Source: Saprolegnia diclina VS20
Lineage: Eukaryota
Assembly (NCBI RefSeq): GCF_000281045.1
Contig: NW_008246079.1
Coordinates: 804,618-858,588 of the forward strand
Direction of reading: 5' to 3'
DNA: 53,971 bases
How positions within the stretch are numbered: position 1 is the first letter of the stretch; each line of letters begins with the position of its first letter. The position numbers were made by a program, and so were the translations under genes. The notes under the pieces were generated by a model, which had not been told where the DNA came from, searched no databases, and saw nothing but the letters and a program-made list of their open reading frames with translations. Of the stretch, positions 46,366 to 53,971 are shown one piece after another.

Positions 46366-47665
46366 ATGGGCAACACCAAGTCGGTCAAGCTCAACGGCCG
46401 CGGGTACGAGGTCTGCGGGAAGCTCGGCAGCGGCGGCTTCTCCGAGGTCTACCTTGTCGAGGGCCATCGCCATGGCAGGAAGCAGCGCTACGCGCTCAAG
46501 GTCATGGCGTGCGTCGAGGACGACCAGCTGCAGCGCGCGCTGCTCGAGATCCAGCTGCATCGGCGCCTCGCCCACCCGAATGTGCTCCCACTCCTCGAGT
46601 CGGAGATCCGCATGAAGCGCCATGGCCAGCGGTCCGATGTCGAGAACGCGCTGGGGCGGACGAAGGAGGTGCTTCTGCTCTTCCCCGTCCTTGCCCGCGG
46701 GTCGATCCAAGACGTCTTGAACGACGCCGCCACGCAGAGTACCAAGCCTCGCCGCTTGCCGTCGCTCACATGAGCATAGAGGCGCCTGCGTTCACGCAAG
46801 ACGAGTGCGTTCGCCTCTTTGAAGGGATCGTCCGTGGTGTCCTGGAGATCCACCAGCTCGGACTCGCCCATCGGGACCTCAAGCCCGCCAACATCCTCCT
46901 CGACGATGCCAATACGCCAGTGGTCATGGACCTCGGGTCTGTCGCGCCCTTGACGACGCGCGTGACGTCGCAGCACGATGCGCTCGCGATGGTCGAGACG
47001 GCCGCGCAGTTTTCCAGCGGCGCCTTTCGCGCACCCGGTCCTTCCATCATGCTGGTACGGTCGTCTTATGGGAGGGATAGAGCTCTACGACGACTGCTTT
47101 CGAGGCGACCTCACGGCGGCCACGGACGTCTGGAGCCTCGGGTGCGTCTTGTATGCCATGGCGTACGGGCCCTTTGGCCCGTTCGAGTCGGCGACCGAAG
47201 GCATCAAGGTCCTCGCGATCCGCAACGGCAGTCTTCGGTTCCCACCGTCGCCTACGTACTCGCCAGGCTTCAACCTGCTCCTTCAAGACATGCTCCAAGT
47301 GTCCCCGGACGCGCGGCCGACGCTCGACCATATTCTAACGCGCCTCGGCAAGGTAGACCGATGCCCAGTGGCACTATATATGCATATGGAACTAGCTCAA
47401 CGCGTCCAGTCCGCCAACGTCGTCCTCGACGCAGGCCTCGACGCTCTCGACGTCCTCCAGTCGCCAAGTCACGTCCAGTGCAGCGGACTGGGCCGACTTT
47501 GCACACTTCTCGGCGCCCGTGCGACCAACACCGCCGCTGCTGCACTTTGCGAGCGCCGACGCAGCGGCCAAGTCGCCACGAAAAGCGTCACGTCGGTCGA
47601 TCTCGGACCGCGATCAGCTCGCACGTCACGGCCGCGCGATGCTCCAGCACGCGCTGGCGCCGTAG
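46366..47665 (+). CDS. NAK-family Ser/Thr kinase, STK16/MPSK1-like, 4 exons
   Basis: MGNTKS myristoylation-type start; GSGGFSEVYL, YALK, HPNVLPL, AHRDLKPANILL, MDLGS, FRAP|ELY, TDVWSLGCVLYAMAYG; last intron 47353-47395, stop 47663-47665. Confidence 0.88.
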
Positions 47666-47756
47666 TCAAAGGTTCCTGTAGCTATACGGATGTATCCAGC
47701 GCCTGAGTGACGACCTTCGGAACCTTGTATTGGGTACTACTAGTATGAGGTATCGA

Positions 47757-48744
47757 CTAGCACGCGGCAAACGAGATGACAATACACGCCGACGCATCGT
47801 GCATGTCGGGGTAGAAGCGCCGAAGGGTTGCCAGCAAGTCGGCGCGCGAGGCCAAGCCTTCGTGCTGCGCGTGGTCGTCTGTGAGGTCGCGCACCGTGAC
47901 GAACGCCACGTCCGTGATCTGGAGGAACGCAAACGGTGACGACGACGACGTCGTGGTTGCTTGGGCGACCGCGCGGGGGTAAATGTACTGCAGGTCCGAG
48001 TTGACGTCGGTGTCGACGTCGCTTGCGAGGCGGATCGTCATGATCTTTGCATGGGACGTGATCGGACGCTCAAACGACGGGTGAAAGTCGATGCGGGGTA
48101 GGACGGGCGTGAGTTCCTCGATCGCACAGCGCGTGCTGGCGCTCATGGGCACGCAGCGCGTCTTCTCAAAGAGCGCCAAGTGCTTGAGAAAGGTGTCATT
48201 TGGCTCGATCCACGGACGGCTCATGCTAGGGCGATGGCGTGAGTCAACCCAGGAGCGAGGAGAGGGAGCGCACCGTACGCGTTGGTACGCATCGTGGAGC
48301 GAGAGGTCTTGCGTGGCCATGAGCCACGCAATGACGACGGACGCCGACCGTGACCGACCCGCAACGCTAGTATCGACAGGCATGAGAGTGCGGCGGGAAG
48401 GCCATGACGTACCAGTGCACGAGGACATTGGCGTCGGTCGTTGCCAAGGCTTGGTCCAGCGTGTAGAGCAAGTACGGTAGCTTGATCAATAGCGGCTCGT
48501 CAAGAGCGTCGTCCATCGCGATGCGAAGGTGCGCGCAGCTCGGCGCCGCGAGGACGTCTTCGGGCTGGAGCAGCGAGAGGACAAAGCCAATGTTCTTGGC
48601 GCGCAGCGCATATGCATTCGCCGCCGCATCGATCGAGCCGAGGTAGACGCGGTCGGCGATGAACATGGGCACGTCATCGACCATCTCCTCGACCTCTTCG
48701 ACCTCGTCGTCATAGTCGTAGCCCTCGTACTCCATGTCACTCAT
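47757..48744 (-). CDS. Dual-specificity phosphatase fused to a C-terminal ASCH (YqfB-like) domain, 3 exons
   Basis: IADRVYLGSIDAA, AMDD, VLVHC|VAGRSRSASVVIAWLM (CX5R restored by intron 48412-48367), RPWIEPNDTF; then IDFHPSFERPITSHAKIMTIR...LTDDHAQHEG...LRRFYP...VISF. Confidence 0.85.
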
Positions 48745-49024
48745 GTTGCAAATAATGACGGACCAATCATTGCAAGCCATTTTCAGCCAATGGGAATCCA
48801 GCAATTGAGATCTTATTGCGGCTCGGACGCTCGTTGGCGCTGTTGAGGTCGCTGCTGTCCCCACCGCTTGCCACCGACTGCGCTCTGTTCCCTTCTGTCG
48901 ATGGTCAAGTGGCATTTGGTCTACTATCTGCAGGGAACAACATGGTATTGGGCGTCGACTCGTGTCTGTCATCAAGAGTCCACTCGTCATAGCATTGGTA
49001 CAAGTACGCATCCATGGAGTGGTT

Positions 49025-50586
49025 TTATCGCTTGCTCTCGCTCTCGTAGTCTTCAAAGTCATCGTCGTAGATGCTGTGCTCGCTCGCGATGCTGCTGTGG
49101 ATCGAGAGACGCCTTCGCGCGATCGTGTTGTTGTCGTGGCCGTCGCTCTCGATGATCTCTTGGATATCGTCGTCCTTGACGCCGAGGCTCTTGCGTAGCG
49201 GCGCCACAATGCGCGGTCCAACGTCCTTGGCCATGGACCGCATGCTCTTGGCCTCGTCGTCGCACTTCATATCGTCGAGCGTCGGGCCCGAGCCGTCGAG
49301 GTCGTCGCCTTCCGACTCGGTGCGCACGCCGTCAATCTCCTCTTCAATGTCGTCATGGTGGCGCTGGCGACGCTTCTTCTGGGCCTCCGCTACGAGGTCT
49401 TCTTGCCGCAACTTGGCAAAGAGCACGTGGTCGAGTGCGTCGCGGGCGGAGAGTCGCTTCTTCGGGTCCAGCGACACAGTGCGCTCGAGAAAATCAAGCA
49501 CTTCGGGAAACGGAATCGTCTCGCTGAACGCCCGTCGAAGCGACGTCGTGGGGTACGTCGCCTTGCTGACGCTGACGCCTTTCGGCTGCTTGGCCGCGAG
49601 CGACGGCGGGAGCGGTCCCAGCATTTCTTGAATGAGGCGCCTGCAGGTGCATATGAATCATGTGCGATCGAAATGAAAACCGTACAGCTGATCGAGCTGG
49701 CTTTCACCACGAAAGAGAGGTTTGCCCGTGAACAGCTCGGCAATGACGCACCCGAGACTCCAAATGTCGGCGTTGTACGAGTAGTTGGTGCAGCTACGAA
49801 ACCAAAATGTAGGAATACATTTGTACTTTCGACACTACAAACCGGAGTTCTTGCTCGGGCGGGCGGTACCAGCGCGTCGCGACGTAGTCGGACAAGGCCT
49901 CGCCTTCGAATTGAATGGCGCGGGCGACACCTACGCAGCCGTCGTCGTGCAAGGCACGGACGAATCTCGCTACCAAAATCGCACAACTTGACGTTGCCGT
50001 TGGCGTCCAGAAGGACGTTCTCGGGCTTGATATCTACGCGGACTTGTCAAGTCGATCGAGTAGGCGCTTGGGATAAACCGCGGTGAATGATGTGGTTGGC
50101 ATGGCAACAGTGCAGCGCCTTTGTGAGCTGAAAAGCAATGGCGCGCGCGTGGGCGGGCCGCAGTCCTGTCCTGTTTTTGGCCACGAGCTGCATAAAATGC
50201 CATGAATTTCCGATTTTTCCAGGGATCGAAGTCCGGACCTTGGCCAATGTCGACGGCGCAAAGTCAAACACCAAGTGCAAGTAGCCATCGCCGCGAAAGC
50301 TGTAGCGAAACGTGACGATGTTTGGGTGGTTGAGCATCGAGCATGCTTGGAGCTCGCGCTTGGAGAGGTTGTCGTCTACAGCAGATGAGTAGTGTCGTTT
50401 GCGATGCCGAAAGGGTCGTGCCGCCGAGGAACTTGAACTTTTTGATGGCGACTTGCTCCTTCGTCGACTGCAGACTGCGAGTTAGGACATTCCTGCAACG
50501 GACGGAGCGTGTACCTTCTCGATGGCCTTGTACACGACGCCGTACGTGCCTTCGCCGATGACTTTCTCGACCACGTAGCGGTCCAT
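49025..50586 (-). CDS. Cyclin-dependent kinase-like (CDKL-type, CMGC) kinase, multi-exon
   Basis: [88 protein letters not shown]. Confidence 0.88.
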
Positions 50587-51305
50587 GCTCGTCTTCGTGT
50601 CCAAAACGGCCTTCCACTGGGGTCGAAACCGATCTGAGACGGTAGCGTGAGAAGACACGCGATTATGCATGGGCAACGTTGCTTGGTGCGGTCATGCGTC
50701 AACGCACCCTCGTGCCATTGCTAGAGCTCTACGATGCTTGTAGTGCACTGGAGCTCGGCTTGCCGTACTGTGTAGATGATGTTATCACCGTGTCAATGAC
50801 ATGCTGTGCGAGCTGTTAACTCCGTTATTCAGGTCAAGACAGACGCTAGGCCGTGGCGTGGCGATTGTATACCCAACGACAACATTATATCTTGTGCACC
50901 AAGGATGCTCCAAAGTGTAGCTTCTTGTCGGACAATCTTGAGGTAGTAAAGATGGCGATGTGGAGTAGCCTGTGCGATGCCATTGTTGAAGCCAACCCTC
51001 GCCGTCGGGAACTTCGTGCATAGTCTAGCGCTTGACGTCTATGCAACCAGCATGTCGCTGGGCAGAGGCCACGACCGTACGCTGGCCGCATCGGTGCGTC
51101 ATGGCCGCGCGCTCGCCTCGGACCGCGCCCCGTGGTGTTGTTGCCGCTGATGGCCCGTTGGTAATGATCCGCACTTAACGAGGTGCTGCCGTTGCCAGAG
51201 AGCGCCCTCTATCATGGAGTCGGGTGGTAAAGACGGTCAATCGTACTTAGGTGGGTATATCCCAAATTTTGGGTCCTGGGGCTTAAACGACAACCGACGA
51301 GGAGC

Positions 51306-52755
51306 ATGGACAAGCTCTTCCAGCGCAAGAAGAACCCGGAGCAGCTCAGCAAGCTCATCAAGGAGGCGCTCGAGAACCCGAACACGCCTGTCAAGCCCGA
51401 CAAGAGCGGCAAGGTACGCCATCGTCCGCGAATTGGATGCTCACGGCGTCGATAGGTCGTCGACATTGTCACCAAGCGGCTCAACCAGATCAAGCTGCTG
51501 CTCTACGGCGATGTACACCGACGGCTACCGCGTCGCCTCGTGCTATCATGCATATATGTAGGGCGAGCAAGAGTCGAACCCGCAAAAGTGTGCGCAAATG
51601 TCCATGCTGCTCATCGCCGACAACATGATCCCGCGGCTCGTATTGAACCTGGAGAAGCTGCCGTTCGAGGTACACTGCGCACCGTCCTTGTAGCTCGCAC
51701 CATTGACGCATGCATGGTACGATAGGCGCGCAAGCACGTGGCGCAGATCTACAACAACCTGATGCGGCGGGACTTGGGCGGCTTTGTCGCGTACGTCGAG
51801 CGCCAGCCACAGATCATCTCAGCCTTGGTGCGCGGCTACGAGCACTCGGAGATTGCGCTCAACTGCGGCACGATGCTCCGCGAGGTACGTTGCACGATAA
51901 GAGGTAGCCTCTCATAAAGTCGGTTAGTCGATCCGGCACGAGGTGCTGGCCAAGCAAATCTTGCACTCGCCCGACCTCTGGAAGGTACTGTTATGTCATC
52001 AGTCTATAGCTCATTGTTCCTAGTTTTTCGACGTCTACGTGCACTTGCCCAACTTTGACGTCGGGTCGGACGCCTTTGCGACGTTCAAGGACCTCCTTAC
52101 GCGCCACAAGCCGCTCGTCTCGCAGTTCTTTGACTCGCACTTTGACATGGTTTGCAGCTTTTGTTTGTCTATAGTTTATAACATTTGGGCTAGGTGTTTG
52201 AAAAGTACAACAAGCTGCTGTCGTCGGAGAACTATGTCACCCGGCGCCAGTCGCTCAAGGTACTACTGTGCCGTAAGACCCCGACTCCGAAGTTATCCTG
52301 TCATAGCTTTTGGGCGAAATCCTCCTGGACCGGTCCAACTTTGACGTGATGATGCGCTACATTTGGTATAGAATTACAGTCAAAAGACTAGACATGACAA
52401 TCTTGTCGTGTGTAGCAAGCGCGAGAACCTCAAGATGATGATGAATCTGCTTCGGGACACGAGCGTCAACATCCAGTTTGAGGCCTTCCACGTCTTCAAG
52501 GTGTTTGTGGCCAACCCGAAGAAGCCCAACGAGATTACGCAAATTCTCTTGACCAACAAGGACAAGCTCATTGCCTACTTGGAGAAATTTCAAAACGAAA
52601 AAGGTATACAACTTGTGAAGCCTATCGATGTATCAACATCACGAACCGTAGAGGACGAGCAGTTTGTCGAGGAGAAGAGCCTCTTGATCCGGACGCTCTC
52701 GACACTCGAGTTGAGGCAAGAGGACGACGAGACAGGTACAAAGTTGCGGCTGTGA
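51306..52755 (+). CDS. MO25: MO25/CAB39 kinase scaffold protein, intron-rich
   Basis: [95 protein letters not shown]. Confidence 0.96.
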
Positions 52756-53118
52756 CGAGCTCACGTCATTCGCGTCGTAGACGGCAACAGCGCAACGGCG
52801 AGCCACTGAGGACGCCTTCACACCGAGCATGTGGTCGTCGTTTAAAAGATACCTCCTCGTCGAGTTGCTCTTTGTATCGTCCACGAATGAAAACCATATA
52901 TCCCGTGTCTCTTCTGGGCCTTGGCCTTGTTTTCATAAAAATGGAGACGTATCCACGCCAAACCACGCTGTACACCTGTCGCCAAACGTCCAGCGTCCAA
53001 CCCGAGCCCTTGTAACTTACGAGGCTAGGGTTACCAAGCGACGCAGCCTTTTACGTACCTACCGGTACAAAAGCGCACGAGATGCCTTTACAACACCGCT
53101 GAACGTAACACGATCAAG

Positions 53119-53131
53119 TCATTTTCCACTT
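53119..53131 (+). promoter_or_regulatory. INR/FPR-like core promoter motif
   Basis: TCATTTTCCACTT ~30 bp upstream of ATG 53149. Confidence 0.5.
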
Positions 53132-53148
53132 GTCTGCATACCGCCAAC

Positions 53149-53610
53149 ATGAAGCTTGCTTGCCTCGTGCTCGGACCAGCGCTGCTGGATGCGACGCTGG
53201 CACTCGCCAATGCGACGACTCTCAACGTCGACGGTCCGCGCAACCGCACGCAGGTGCGCGATGCAACGACAGTCCCCAGTCCTCTGCCAGTGCTGCGGCA
53301 CAATAACTCGAGTCGCCTGCCCCCGAACGCGACCGGTCGCTTTGCGCTTGTGCGGACCACGTCGGCCGGCAACCACTCGACGGTCGTATCTCTCAACGCG
53401 ACAACTGCGGAGCCATTGCCGTCCCACGCGAATGATTCATCGTCGTTGCTCGTCTTCGGCGCCAATGCGACGGCAGATGACGATGTGATTGTGGCGCCAT
53501 CGACAACAAAGCGCAATTCGACGACCAGCGTCACGACGGCCAGTCACGCGGCCGGCACCAACGGTGTCGCCGCGCTCATCGCACTCGTCGTCACACTGGG
53601 TCTTGCGTAG
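53149..53610 (+). CDS. Small secreted, heavily N-glycosylated, probably GPI-anchored surface protein
   Basis: Signal peptide, ten N-x-S/T sequons in 153 aa, Ser/Thr-rich, hydrophobic C-terminus GVAALIALVVTLGLA; INR-like motif upstream. Confidence 0.7.
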   Translation: MKLACLVLGPALLDATLALANATTLNVDGPRNRTQVRDATTVPSPLPVLRHNNSSRLPPNATGRFALVRTTSAGNHSTVVSLNATTAEPLPSHANDSSSLLVFGANATADDDVIVAPSTTKRNSTTSVTTASHAAGTNGVAALIALVVTLGLA

Positions 53611-53971
53611 CCTCGTTGGCGTGAAGATACAATAAGAATGTGATGGCTTATACCACTTTGCGTGCCAAGAGGTTAGGGTAGGACTAGGGTTGATCGGAGC
53701 TGTATCCACGAACAATGTGAAGGCTGCACAGAGAATATGAATTATGGGCAACAAGGTTTATGCTTTGTCTACACTGCAATTGCCACAGACCGTACTCTGG
53801 TCTACATGTGGGCGACGTTCCCATGGTGGAATGGATGACAACGCACCTAAAAAGGCCGGGTTTTGTATTTTATAACTGTGTACAAGATGTCACTCGATGC
53901 CTGGCAAGAAGGTAATGATAGGAGCCTGCGAGACAAGCCATGTCAATCGTATCGTCCAGAGATTTGTCTGG

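Noticed and set aside
50660..51210. GTTGCY half-sites resembling RFX X-boxes upstream of the CDKL kinase
   Set aside because: Only half-sites, and RFX factors are not established in stramenopiles.

Overview
Gene-dense eukaryotic genomic DNA, GC-rich in coding regions, with many ~45-50 nt GT-AG introns. Gene families, intron size and INR/CCAAT-like promoter motifs point to an oomycete, probably Saprolegniales (inference). About 23 protein-coding genes can be reconstructed: SDA1, a secreted alpha/beta-hydrolase, an astacin, a bZIP/START-like (M96-type) protein, a plasmepsin-V-like aspartic protease, a GT60 GlcNAc transferase, a TPR protein, COQ5, DCAF1/VprBP, two tandem leishmanolysin (M8) proteases, a PX-domain protein, eIF2A, a base-exchange phosphatidylserine synthase, a small bromodomain protein, SHMT, a giant GTPase-Cys/His-repeat-vWA protein, glycerate 3-kinase, an STK16-type kinase, a dual-specificity phosphatase-ASCH fusion, a CDKL kinase, MO25 and a small GPI-type glycoprotein. 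No tRNA, rRNA, CRISPR or recognisable transposon was found. The two most striking items are (1) an apparently intronless ~1930-aa GBP/VLIG-like GTPase with Cys/His zinc-finger-like repeats and a C-terminal vWA domain, whose promoter holds a 4 x 26 bp tandem array built partly from the neighbouring gene's 3' end, and (2) a dual-specificity phosphatase fused to a YqfB-like ASCH domain that keeps the amidohydrolase catalytic residues. All family calls are by manual motif recognition; no database search was run, and exon boundaries are manual.
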